A stretch of DNA of 25,735 nt from a virus. Lineage: Duplodnaviria > Heunggongvirae > Uroviricota > Caudoviricetes. Position 1 is the first letter of the stretch; each line of letters begins with the position of its first letter. Below the pieces are notes generated by a model. The model was not told the DNA's origin. It made no database searches and saw only the letters and a list, made by a program, of their open reading frames with translations. This document shows positions 14,412-23,339 of the stretch, piece by piece. A program made the position numbers and the translations under genes. The stretch lies in the IMG/VR virus record IMGVR_UViG_2534681655_000008. One strand, given 5' to 3'.

Positions 14412-16513
14412 TGCTGAATCAGGAAACCGCAAAGGCAGCACGAACCGATTCAGGTTATATCCTTCGCGCACCGAGACGAATGCGGGTTGCTGATGCCGTT
14501 GCTCAGTATATGCGAGTGCCCATGGGGGCCGGGAACTCAGTCCCGTGGGATCCGCTGGTGGCACCGTATGTTCTTGAGCCGATGAACTGCCTGGCCTCGC
14601 GTGAATACGACGCAGTGATATTTGTTGGTCCGGCACGAACCGGCAAGACTATCGGCCTGATTGACGGCTGGGTGATTTACAACGTGATTTGCGATCCTGC
14701 GGATATGCTGATCATTCAGATGACGGAGGAAAAAGCCCGCGAACACTCCAAAAAACGACTTGCCAGAACGTTTCGCGTCAGCCCGGAAGTGGTCAGTCGC
14801 CTGAGTCCGAACAAAAATGACAACAACGTTTATGACAGAACATTCCTTGCTGGCAACTACCTGAAAATCGGCTGGCCGTCAGTCAATATCATGTCCTCAT
14901 CAGATTATAAATGCGTGGCGCTGACGGATTATGACCGTTTTCCGGAAGATATTGATGGCGAGGGGGATGCCTTCTCTCTTGCCTCAAAACGTACCACCAC
15001 ATTTATGTCCAGTGGTATGACGCTGGTGGAGAGTTCCCCCGGCAGGGATGTGAAGGATGTGAAATGGCGACGGACTTCACCGCATGAGGCTCCACCAACC
15101 ACGGGGATACTGTCGCTCTATAACCGTGGCGATCGCCGTCGCTGGTACTGGCCCTGTCCACACTGTGGTGAGTATTTTCAGCCCTGCGGCGATGTGGTTG
15201 CTGGTTTCCGTGATATTGCCGATCCCGTGCTGGCAAGTGAGGCGGCTTATATTCAGTGTCCTTCCTGTTCAGGACGGATTATGCCTGAACAAAAACGTGA
15301 GCTGAACGGACGTGGGGTCTGGTTGCGGGATGGTGAATCCATCAATGCGGATGGCAGTCGTTATGGTGATCCCCGACGCTCACGTATTGCGTCATTCTGG
15401 ATGGAGGGTCCGGCAGCTGCTTACCAGACACTCTCGCAACTCGTTTACAAACTGCTTACTGCAGAACAGGAATACGAGACAACCGGAAGTGAAGAAACAC
15501 TCAAGACGGTTATCAATACCGACTGGGGATTACCTTATCTTCCCCGTGCCAGCATGGAGCAACGAAAAAGTGAACTGCTTGAGCAGCGGGCAGAGCCAGT
15601 TCCTTCCCGCAGTGTGCCGGATGGCGTTAATTTCCTGGTGGCGACAGTTGATGTGCAGGCGGGACGTCATCGCCGTTTTGTGGTTCAGGTAACGGGCTAT
15701 GGCAGCCGTGGCGAACGCTGGATTATTGATCGTTACAACATCACGCAGTCATTGCGCGGTGACAGCGACGGGGAGAGCCAGCGAATTGATCCGGCCAGCT
15801 ATCCGGAAGACTGGGATGTCCTGCTGACGGATGTTTTTCATAAAAGCTGGCCGCTGGCCTCCGATCCTTCTCAACAAATGCGACTGATGGCAATGGCGGT
15901 GGACTCCGGCGGTGAAGACGGGGTCACCGATAATGCCTATAAATTCTGGCGTCGTTGCCGTCGTGATGGCCTTGGTAAACGTATTTACCTGTTTAAGGGC
16001 GACAGCATCCGGCGCGCAAAACTGATCACCCGTACATTCCCTGATAACACCGGACGAACGGGCCGACGGGCGCAGGCCGCAGGTGATGTGCCGCTCTGGC
16101 TTCTTCAGACGGATGCCCTGAAAGACCGGGTGAATAACGCGTTATGGCGTGACTCGCCAGGTCCCGGCTATGTGCATTTCCCTGACTGGCTGGGGAGCTG
16201 GTTTTACGACGAACTGACGTATGAAGAGCGGAGTAGTGACGGGAAATGGAGTAAGCCGGGTCGCGGTGCCAACGAAGCTTTTGACCTGATGGTGTATGCC
16301 GAGGCTCTGGTCATTCTGCATGGATACGAAAAGATCCGCTGGCCGGATGCACCGGAGTGGGCGAGCCGGGAAACCTGGCTGGAGTGTGTCCCGGACAGTA
16401 CCGAACCGTCACCCTCACCGGAACCGGTATCCACGCCTGTTAAAAAACAAAAACGGAAGAAAACAGTAACTGACGATGTTAACCCCTGGCTGACTTCCGG
16501 AGGATGGTTATGA
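14411..16513 (+). CDS. Terminase large subunit (lambda gpA-like)
   Basis: 700 aa; Walker A-like VGPARTGKT; CPHCGEYF...CPSCSG segment parallels lambda gpA CPHCGEEQ... Confidence 0.9.
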   Translation: MLNQETAKAARTDSGYILRAPRRMRVADAVAQYMRVPMGAGNSVPWDPLVAPYVLEPMNCLASREYDAVIFVGPARTGKTIGLIDGWVIYNVICDPADMLIIQMTEEKAREHSKKRLARTFRVSPEVVSRLSPNKNDNNVYDRTFLAGNYLKIGWPSVNIMSSSDYKCVALTDYDRFPEDIDGEGDAFSLASKRTTTFMSSGMTLVESSPGRDVKDVKWRRTSPHEAPPTTGILSLYNRGDRRRWYWPCPHCGEYFQPCGDVVAGFRDIADPVLASEAAYIQCPSCSGRIMPEQKRELNGRGVWLRDGESINADGSRYGDPRRSRIASFWMEGPAAAYQTLSQLVYKLLTAEQEYETTGSEETLKTVINTDWGLPYLPRASMEQRKSELLEQRAEPVPSRSVPDGVNFLVATVDVQAGRHRRFVVQVTGYGSRGERWIIDRYNITQSLRGDSDGESQRIDPASYPEDWDVLLTDVFHKSWPLASDPSQQMRLMAMAVDSGGEDGVTDNAYKFWRRCRRDGLGKRIYLFKGDSIRRAKLITRTFPDNTGRTGRRAQAAGDVPLWLLQTDALKDRVNNALWRDSPGPGYVHFPDWLGSWFYDELTYEERSSDGKWSKPGRGANEAFDLMVYAEALVILHGYEKIRWPDAPEWASRETWLECVPDSTEPSPSPEPVSTPVKKQKRKKTVTDDVNPWLTSGGWL

Positions 16514-16722
16514 ACCAGAATGATATCGAAGCCATGATTCAGCGTTATACGGAAGCTGAAATGGCGGTGCTGGACGGAAAATCCGTCACCTTTAATGGTC
16601 AGCAGATGACCATGGAAAACTTATCTGAGATCCGGCAGGGACGGCAGGAGTGGGAGCGCCGCCTTGCGGCTCTGATTACACGACGACGGGGGCATCCCGG
16701 GTATCGGCTGGCGAGGTTCTGA
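16510..16722 (+). CDS. Head-tail joining protein (lambda gpW-like)
   Basis: 70 aa; ends ...RRRGHPGY resembling gpW (...RRRGPAGF); ATGA overlap with terminase stop; GGAGG Shine-Dalgarno. Confidence 0.7.
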   Translation: MNQNDIEAMIQRYTEAEMAVLDGKSVTFNGQQMTMENLSEIRQGRQEWERRLAALITRRRGHPGYRLARF

Positions 16723-18230
16723 TGGCTATTCTTGATGATGTGATTGGCGTTTTTTCACCAGGATGGAAAGCGGCAAGGCTGCGTTCCCGTGCGGTGATCC
16801 AGGCTTATGAGGCCGTAAAAACGACGCGGACACACAAAGCCCGGCGGGAAAACCGAACTGCCGACCAGTTAAGCCAGTACGGGGCCGTGTCGTTACGTGA
16901 GCAGGCCCGTTACCTTGATAACAACCACGATCTGGTTATTGGTGTATTTGACAAGCTGGAAGAACGGGTGGTGGGGAAAAACGGGATTATTGTCGAGCCA
17001 CATCCGGTATTACGCAATGGGGCCATTGCCCGTGACCTGGCTGCGGAGATTCGCACCCGATGGAGTGAATGGTCTGTCAGTCCGGAAGTCACCGGGCAGT
17101 TTACCCGTCCGATGCTGGAACGTCTGATGCTGCGTACCTGGCTGCGCGATGGTGAGGTGTTTGCCCAGATGGTTTCCGGGCGCATAAACAGCCTGACGCC
17201 TTCTGCCGGTGTTAATTTCTGGCTGGAGGCGCTCGAGCCGGACTTTATTCCCATGACCAGTGATGATAGCAACAGGCTGAATCAGGGCGTGTTTGTTGAT
17301 GACTGGGGGCGTCCCGAAAAATATCTGGTGTATAAAAGCCGTCCCGTATCCGGGCGGCAGATGGAAACCAAAGAAGTGGATGCAGAGCGAATGCTGCATC
17401 TTAAATTTGTTCGCCGTCTGCACCAGATGCGCGGGACGTCTTTGTTGTCCGGTGTGCTGATCCGCCTCAGTGCCCTGAAAGAGTATGAAGATTCTGAGCT
17501 GACTGCAGCAAGGATCGCCGCTGCTCTGGGGATGTACATCCGGAAAGGCGACGGGCAGAGCTATGAACCGGATGGTAATGGCAGCAAGGAGAATGAACGC
17601 GAGCTTACCATTCAGCCAGGCATTATTTACGACGATCTGAAACCCGGCGAAGAAATCGGAATGGTGAAGTCGGATCGTCCCAATCCTAACCTTGAAACTT
17701 TTCGTAATGGTCAGTTGCGTGCCGTGGCGGCGGGCAGTCGTCTGAGTTTTTCCAGTACGGCACGCAACTATAACGGCACTTACAGCGCCCAGCGTCAGGA
17801 ACTGGTTGAGTCTACTGATGGCTACCTGATCCTGCAGGACTGGTTTATTGGTGCCGTCACCCGCCCGATGTATCGTGCCTGGCTGAAACAGGCTGTGGCA
17901 TCCGGTGTTATCAGGCTACCCCGCGATCTTGACCGTTCTTCACTGTATACCGCGGTGTATTCCGGACCGGTGATGCCGTGGATTGACCCTGTTAAGGAGG
18001 CTGAGGCCTGGAAAATCCAGATTCGTGGTGGAGCGGCGACAGAATCAGACTGGGTACGTGCAGGTGGTCGTAATCCGGATGATGTCAAACGTCGGCGCAA
18101 GGCCGAAATTGATGAAAACCGCAAGCTGGATCTGGTATTTGATACCGATCCGGCCAGTGATAAAGGAGGCAGCAGTGCCGCAACGAAACGACAGGAGCCG
18201 CAGCACACCGACGACCAGTCCGAAGAATAA
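16722..18230 (+). CDS. Portal protein (lambda gpB-like)
   Basis: 502 aa; position after gpW; TGATG start overlap; composition and size typical of lambda-family portals. Confidence 0.8.
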   Translation: MAILDDVIGVFSPGWKAARLRSRAVIQAYEAVKTTRTHKARRENRTADQLSQYGAVSLREQARYLDNNHDLVIGVFDKLEERVVGKNGIIVEPHPVLRNGAIARDLAAEIRTRWSEWSVSPEVTGQFTRPMLERLMLRTWLRDGEVFAQMVSGRINSLTPSAGVNFWLEALEPDFIPMTSDDSNRLNQGVFVDDWGRPEKYLVYKSRPVSGRQMETKEVDAERMLHLKFVRRLHQMRGTSLLSGVLIRLSALKEYEDSELTAARIAAALGMYIRKGDGQSYEPDGNGSKENERELTIQPGIIYDDLKPGEEIGMVKSDRPNPNLETFRNGQLRAVAAGSRLSFSSTARNYNGTYSAQRQELVESTDGYLILQDWFIGAVTRPMYRAWLKQAVASGVIRLPRDLDRSSLYTAVYSGPVMPWIDPVKEAEAWKIQIRGGAATESDWVRAGGRNPDDVKRRRKAEIDENRKLDLVFDTDPASDKGGSSAATKRQEPQHTDDQSEE

Positions 18231-20202
18231 TTCCTGGTTCAGGATGCAGGCTGGTCACCAGAGTGACGCGGATATTTATATTTATGACGAGATTGGTTTC
18301 TGGGGTGTTACAGCGAAGCAGTTTATCAGTGATCTGAATGCACTGGGCGATATCACCCACATTAATCTCCATATTAATTCACCGGGTGGCGATGTCTTTG
18401 AAGGCATCGCCATTTTTAATGCGCTGAAAACACATGGTGCGTCCATTACCGTTTATGTCGACGGTGTGGCGGCGTCAATGGCGTCGGTCATTGCGATGGT
18501 GGGAAACCCGGTCATTATGCCGGAAAACACTTTCATGATGATTCATAAACCATTTGGCTTTACGGGCGGTGATGCGGAGGACATGCGCACCTATGCCGAC
18601 CTGCTCGATAAAGTTGAGGCGGTTCTGTTACCCGCTTATGCACAGAAAACCGGGAAAACCACCGATGAAATTGCTGCCATGCTGGCGGATGAGACCTGGA
18701 TGTCCGGTGCCGAATGTCTGGCACATGGATTTGCTGATCAGGTAACGCCAGCCGTTAAGGCAATGGCATGTATTCAGTCAAAACGTACAGAGGAATTTAA
18801 AAAGATGCCGGAATCCATTCGAAACATGATTACTCCGCCACGCAACAGTGCTCCACGCGTACAGGATGATGAACCTGCAGCCTCCCGGACGCCAGTGCAG
18901 GCAGCAGCACCCGTGGTGGATGAAAACAGTATCCGTGCGCAGGTACTGGCAGAGCAAAAAGCGCGTGTAAACGGTATTAATGATCTGTTTGCCATGTTTG
19001 GCGGGCGTTATCAGACGCTGCAGGCTCAGTGTCTTGCCGATCCTGAATGTTCGCTGGAGCAGGCCCGCGAAAAGCTGTTGAACGAGATGGGGCGCGAGTC
19101 CACGCCATCCAATAAAAATACCCCGGCTCATATTTATGCCGGTAACGGTAATTTTGTGGGGGACGGGATCCGCCAGGCGCTGATGGCGCGTGCCGGATTT
19201 GAAAAAACCGAACGTGATAATGTCTACAACGGGATGACCCTGCGTGAATATGCCCGTATGTCACTGACTGAACGGGGTATTGGGGTTTCCAGTTATAACC
19301 CGATGCAGATGGTCGGTGCGGCGTTCACACACAGTACGTCTGACTTCGGTAATATTCTGCTGGATGTTGCGAACAAAGCCATTCTGCAGGGCTGGGAAGA
19401 TGCTCCTGAAACCTATGAACAGTGGACGCGGAAAGGTCAGTTGTCTGATTTTAAAATTGCCCATCGTGTGGGTATGGGGGGCTTCAGTGCTCTGCGTCAG
19501 GTGCGTGAAGGGGCGGAATATAAATACGTCACCACCGGAGATAAACAGGCCACTATTGCACTGGCGACCTATGGCGAGCTGTTCAGTATCACCCGTCAGG
19601 CCATTATCAATGATGATCTGAATATGCTGACCGATGTCCCGATGAAGCTGGGCCGTGCGGCGAAATCCACCATTGCCGATCTGGTTTATGCCATTCTGAC
19701 GTCTAACCCGAAAATCTCCACAGATAATGTAAGTCTGTTCGATAAAGCGAAACATGCAAACGTACTGGAGAGCGCTGCAATGGACGTGGCATCGCTGGAT
19801 AAAGCCCGCCAGTTGATGCGCGTTCAGAAAGAGGGGGAGCGTCATCTGAATATTCGTCCTGCGTTCGTACTGGTACCGACGGCGATGGAGTCTGTTGCTA
19901 ACCAGGTCATTCGCTCCTCAAGTGTCAAGGGGGCTGACATTAACGCCGGTATTATTAACCCGGTGAAAGATTTTGCGACCGTTATTGCAGAGCCTCGTCT
20001 TGATGATAACAGCCAGACCACCTTCTACCTGGCTGCGTCCAAAGGCTCCGATACGATTGAAGTGGCTTATCTCAACGGTGTGGATACGCCATATATTGAT
20101 CAGATGGAGGGCTTCAGTGTGGATGGCGTGACAACGAAAGTGCGTATTGACGCCGGTGTCGCGCCAGTTGATCACCGCGGTCTGGTGAAATGTACGGCGT
20201 AA
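18175..20202 (+). CDS. Prohead protease (ClpP/S49-like) fused to major capsid protein
   Basis: GTG 18175 with AAGGAGG Shine-Dalgarno at 5-nt spacing (overlaps portal 3' end); N-terminal part SDADIYIYDEIGFWG...INSPGGDVFEGIAIFNAL is ClpP-like; C-terminal 400 aa capsid-like. Confidence 0.7.
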   Translation: MPQRNDRSRSTPTTSPKNNSWFRMQAGHQSDADIYIYDEIGFWGVTAKQFISDLNALGDITHINLHINSPGGDVFEGIAIFNALKTHGASITVYVDGVAASMASVIAMVGNPVIMPENTFMMIHKPFGFTGGDAEDMRTYADLLDKVEAVLLPAYAQKTGKTTDEIAAMLADETWMSGAECLAHGFADQVTPAVKAMACIQSKRTEEFKKMPESIRNMITPPRNSAPRVQDDEPAASRTPVQAAAPVVDENSIRAQVLAEQKARVNGINDLFAMFGGRYQTLQAQCLADPECSLEQAREKLLNEMGRESTPSNKNTPAHIYAGNGNFVGDGIRQALMARAGFEKTERDNVYNGMTLREYARMSLTERGIGVSSYNPMQMVGAAFTHSTSDFGNILLDVANKAILQGWEDAPETYEQWTRKGQLSDFKIAHRVGMGGFSALRQVREGAEYKYVTTGDKQATIALATYGELFSITRQAIINDDLNMLTDVPMKLGRAAKSTIADLVYAILTSNPKISTDNVSLFDKAKHANVLESAAMDVASLDKARQLMRVQKEGERHLNIRPAFVLVPTAMESVANQVIRSSSVKGADINAGIINPVKDFATVIAEPRLDDNSQTTFYLAASKGSDTIEVAYLNGVDTPYIDQMEGFSVDGVTTKVRIDAGVAPVDHRGLVKCTA

Positions 20203-20225
20203 ACGTCGCAGACAACAACTCTGAT

Positions 20226-20245
20226 GGCCCGTAAGGGCTTTTTTT
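20226..20245 (+). terminator. Rho-independent terminator after the capsid gene (GCCC-GTAA-GGGC followed by T7)
   Basis: Stem-loop plus T-run read from sequence. Confidence 0.55.
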
Positions 20246-20288
20246 GTACCTGAAATCAGCCTCTGAACGGGGCTGTGCGGAGACAGTT

Positions 20289-20612
20289 ATGGCAAAGAAT
20301 TTTGTAGAAGAAGGAAAAACGGTGGCGATTGTTGCCAGTGCAGCCATCAGCAGCGGAGATCTGGTGCAGGTGGGTGATGTTTTTGCGGTGGCGCTGACCG
20401 ATATTCCACAGGGTGAAACAGGCGACGGCATGACCGAAGGTGTGTTTATCCTGCCTAAACTGAAAACGGATGACATGAAAACGGGTAAGAAGGTTTATCT
20501 GAAGTCCGGAAAAGTTCAGCTGACTAACAGCGGCTCTGATCCGCTGGTCGGGGTTGTCTGGGCAGATGCCGGAACCAGTGCAGAAGAAGTGCAGGTAAAA
20601 CTCAATGTCTGA
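20289..20612 (+). CDS. DUF2190-like head protein (possible decoration / head-completion protein)
   Basis: ATG 20289 after GGAGA; 107 aa; position immediately after the capsid gene. Confidence 0.5.
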   Translation: MAKNFVEEGKTVAIVASAAISSGDLVQVGDVFAVALTDIPQGETGDGMTEGVFILPKLKTDDMKTGKKVYLKSGKVQLTNSGSDPLVGVVWADAGTSAEEVQVKLNV

Positions 20613-20880
20613 TCCCTTTTCCCGGCTGGCAGCGCGTATGGATGCGATCACGGTCAGAAAGATGGGAAAGACAGCCTCGATTAATGATGTCGATATGGCT
20701 GTGATCCCGGGCGAAACACTGGCAGAGCTGAATGCTCTGTCCGGACCTGCGGTCTCTCTGGTGGTGTTTTCTTCGGGATACCGCCCACGGCGCGGGGATC
20801 GCGTTGTTTATGACGGACAACAATGGACGGTCACACGGCATGAACGTTTTAACGGTAAGCCAATGATCTTTATTGAGTAA
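20605..20880 (+). CDS. Head-tail connector protein (lambda gpFII-like)
   Basis: 91 aa; RPRRGDRV motif and position before gpZ; start overlaps upstream stop. Confidence 0.5.
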   Translation: MSDPFSRLAARMDAITVRKMGKTASINDVDMAVIPGETLAELNALSGPAVSLVVFSSGYRPRRGDRVVYDGQQWTVTRHERFNGKPMIFIE

Positions 20881-20891
20881 AGAGGTGTGGG

Positions 20892-21470
20892 ATGAAGGGG
20901 CTTGAGAATGCCATCCGCAATCTGAACAGCCTTGATACCCGTATGGTGCCACAGGCCAGCGCATGGGCGATAAACCGTGTGGCACAGAAAGCGGTCTCGG
21001 TTGCCACCCGGCAGGTTGCCGGGAATACCGTTGCGGGAGATAACCAGGTGAAAGGGATCCCCCTGAAACTGGTACGTCAGCGTGTCCGGGTGTTTAAAGC
21101 CAGTCCGTCAGGAAAAATGACGGCCAGGATCCGCGTTAACCGGGGCAATCTTCCCGCCATTAAGCTGGGGACAGCCCGGGTCAGACTAGCCCGGCGTGGT
21201 GGAAAACTGCAGTACCGTGGCAGTGTGCTGAAGGTGGGTAAATATCTTTTCCGGGATGCGTTTATTCAGCAACTGGCGAATGGTCGCTGGCATGTGATGC
21301 GGCGTATTGATGGCAAAAATCGTTACCCCATTGATGTGGTGAAAATCCCGCTTTCCGGACCGCTGACACAGGCATTTGAAGATGCCCGCGACCGCATCAT
21401 TGCTGCGGAAATGCCGAAACAGCTGGGGTATGCACTGAAACAACAACTGAGGTTATGGCTGACCCGATGA
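20892..21470 (+). CDS. Tail completion protein (lambda gpZ-like)
   Basis: MKGLENAIRNLN...AINRVAQKA...IRVNRGNLPAIKLG...NGRWHVMRRIDGKNRYPIDVVKIP...ELGYALKQQLR aligns closely with recalled lambda Z. Confidence 0.85.
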   Translation: MKGLENAIRNLNSLDTRMVPQASAWAINRVAQKAVSVATRQVAGNTVAGDNQVKGIPLKLVRQRVRVFKASPSGKMTARIRVNRGNLPAIKLGTARVRLARRGGKLQYRGSVLKVGKYLFRDAFIQQLANGRWHVMRRIDGKNRYPIDVVKIPLSGPLTQAFEDARDRIIAAEMPKQLGYALKQQLRLWLTR

Positions 21471-21868
21471 ACCGACATACACAAATCCGCCAGGCCGTAC
21501 TGGCACGCCTTCGGGAACAGTGTGGAGACAGCGCCACGTTTTTTGACGGGCTTCCGGCATTTATTGATGCGCAGGAACTGCCTGCCGTGGCGGTGTGGCT
21601 GAGTGATGCTCAGTACACCGGAAAAATGACGGATGAAGATGACTGGCAGGCTGTTCTGCATATTGCTGTCTTCATCCGGGCACAGGCACCGGATTCAGAG
21701 CTGGATATGTGGATGGAGAGCACCATTTTCCCGGCCCTGAATGATATACCGGCACTTTCCGGACTCATCGACCCCCTGATCCCTCTCGGTTTTAACTATC
21801 AACGTGATAATGAGATGGCCACCTGGGCGATGGCGGAAATCACGTACCAGATCACGTACACGAATTAA
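21467..21868 (+). CDS. Tail terminator protein (lambda gpU-like)
   Basis: ATFFDG...PAVAVWL...AQYTG...DWQAVLHIAVF...PDSELDMWMES...DIPALS...ITYQITY aligns with recalled lambda U; ATGA overlap with Z stop. Confidence 0.85.
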   Translation: MNRHTQIRQAVLARLREQCGDSATFFDGLPAFIDAQELPAVAVWLSDAQYTGKMTDEDDWQAVLHIAVFIRAQAPDSELDMWMESTIFPALNDIPALSGLIDPLIPLGFNYQRDNEMATWAMAEITYQITYTN

Positions 21869-21879
21869 AGGAGGTGGCA

Positions 21880-22623
21880 ATGACCACACCAAATCCACTG
21901 GCAAAAACGAAAGGTGCGGGAACGACGTTCTGGATGTACACCGGCAAGGGCGATGCGTTTGCGAACCCTTTATCGGACACTGACTGGCTGCGTCTTGCGA
22001 TGGTGAAGGATCTGCAACCTGGCGAAATGACCGCTGATGCAGAAGATGACTCTTATCTCGATGATGAAGATGCAGACTGGAAAACGACAACCCAGGGGCA
22101 GAAATCCGTCGGTGATACTTCGGCGACGCTGGCCTGGCGTCCGGGTGACAGCGGGCAGAAAAAACTGGTTCAGTTGTTCGACTCCGGTGAAGTCTGCGCG
22201 TTTCGTATCAAATATCCCAACGGCACTGTTGATGTTTTCCGTGGCTGGCTGAGCTCACTGGGTAAAACCATTGCCTCAAAAGACGTGATGACCCGTACAG
22301 TGAAAATCAGCGGTGTGGGGCGTCCGTATCTGGCAGAGGAAGGCACTGAAACAGTGAGCGTTACCGGGCTGACGGTGGCACCGGCATCTGCCAGTGTAAA
22401 AGTGGGAGCAACCACCACGCTGACCTTTACAGTAAAACCTGACGGAGCCAGTGACAAAGCGATCAGTGTGCATTCGACAGATCCACAGACTGCCACGGTG
22501 ACCCTGAACGGGCTTGTGGCCACGGTGAAAGGCGTGAAGCAGGGCAGTGTCAGCATTGTGGGCATGACTTCTGACGGCGATTTTGTGGCAGTGGCTGCGG
22601 TGGCTGTCAGCGCCGCAGGTTAA
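21880..22623 (+). CDS. Major tail protein (lambda gpV-like) with C-terminal Ig-like domain
   Basis: AAGGAGG Shine-Dalgarno 5 nt before ATG 21880; KGAGTT.W.Y.G.GD..ANPLSD.DW...YLDDEDADW...GTVDVFRGW shared with recalled lambda V. Confidence 0.9.
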   Translation: MTTPNPLAKTKGAGTTFWMYTGKGDAFANPLSDTDWLRLAMVKDLQPGEMTADAEDDSYLDDEDADWKTTTQGQKSVGDTSATLAWRPGDSGQKKLVQLFDSGEVCAFRIKYPNGTVDVFRGWLSSLGKTIASKDVMTRTVKISGVGRPYLAEEGTETVSVTGLTVAPASASVKVGATTTLTFTVKPDGASDKAISVHSTDPQTATVTLNGLVATVKGVKQGSVSIVGMTSDGDFVAVAAVAVSAAG

Positions 22624-22643
22624 CAGGACGATACTCATCATTT

Positions 22644-22667
22644 GCCCCGGTTATCCGGGGCTTTTTT
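22644..22667 (+). terminator. Rho-independent terminator after the major tail gene (GCCCCGG-TTAT-CCGGGGC followed by T6)
   Basis: Perfect 7-bp GC stem and T-run read from sequence. Confidence 0.75.
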
Positions 22668-22680
22668 GCAGGTGGAGAAC

Positions 22681-23070
22681 ATGATGTTTCTGAAACAGGG
22701 CACGTTTAATTATGAAAAGCAGTCCGTGGTGCTCAGTGAGCTGTCCGGGCTGCAGAGAATTGAATATCTGGCGTTTGTTCAGCAGCGAACGGCAAAGTTT
22801 GATGCCGAAGAGGGAGAACTGCCGGAGGCTGAACGACAGATTGCTTTTCTGCGGATGGGGATGGATATCAATGCCTGGCTGGTTTCCCGCTCACTGTGGA
22901 ATGCGGAACAGTCTCAGGATGTTGAGACGCTTTGCGCATCCGTTATTACAACATGGTCGTATGATGCCCTGGGAGCGGGGGCGGAGATGGTTCTGTCGCT
23001 GAGCGGTATGGGAGCCATTGAGAATGCCGGGGATTTGGAGCATGAGGTGCTGACGCCGGAAAAGTCCTGA
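22681..23070 (+). CDS. Tail assembly chaperone (lambda gpG-like)
   Basis: MMFLKQGTF...VVLSELSGLQRIEYLAF parallels lambda G (MFLKTESFE...VTLSELSALQRIEHLAL); GGTGGAG ribosome-binding site. Confidence 0.8.
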   Translation: MMFLKQGTFNYEKQSVVLSELSGLQRIEYLAFVQQRTAKFDAEEGELPEAERQIAFLRMGMDINAWLVSRSLWNAEQSQDVETLCASVITTWSYDALGAGAEMVLSLSGMGAIENAGDLEHEVLTPEKS

Positions 23071-23306
23071 CGCGGGAAATGCAGTTTGTCATGCGGCTTG
23101 CCCGGGAGTTCCGGCGGGCAGACTGGCGGCGGATGCTGTCGGAAATGTCAGCCACTGAGCTTGGTGAGTGGGGCGATTATTTCCGGATGCAGAGCTTCAG
23201 TGATGTGTGGATGGATGCGCAGTTTGCCTCGCTGAAGGCATTGATCGTGAGAATGGTGTCCGGCAGCAGTGATGCTGCGGTGGCTGATTTCAGCCTTTTA
23301 CCGTAA
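23046..23306 (+). CDS. gpT-like -1 frame (expected to be expressed as a G-T fusion by programmed frameshift), 3' truncated by the IS66-family insertion
   Basis: -1 frame opens at 23046 and overlaps the G 3' end; putative slip site GGAAAAG at 23058-23064; stop TAA 23304-23306 is supplied by the IS terminal GTAAGCG. Confidence 0.55.
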   Translation, partial: GADAGKVLTREMQFVMRLAREFRRADWRRMLSEMSATELGEWGDYFRMQSFSDVWMDAQFASLKALIVRMVSGSSDAAVADFSLLP

Positions 23307-23339
23307 GCGTGCAGCAAGAACCGTATTGACGGGGATGTG

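Noticed and set aside
14537-20175. Numerous antisense or alternative-frame ORFs inside terminase, portal and capsid genes (e.g. 17010-17423 -, 18778-19131 -, 19261-19845 -, 19918-20175 -)
   Set aside because: Fully embedded in well-supported structural genes; GC-rich coding DNA often carries such open frames on the opposite strand; no start signals.
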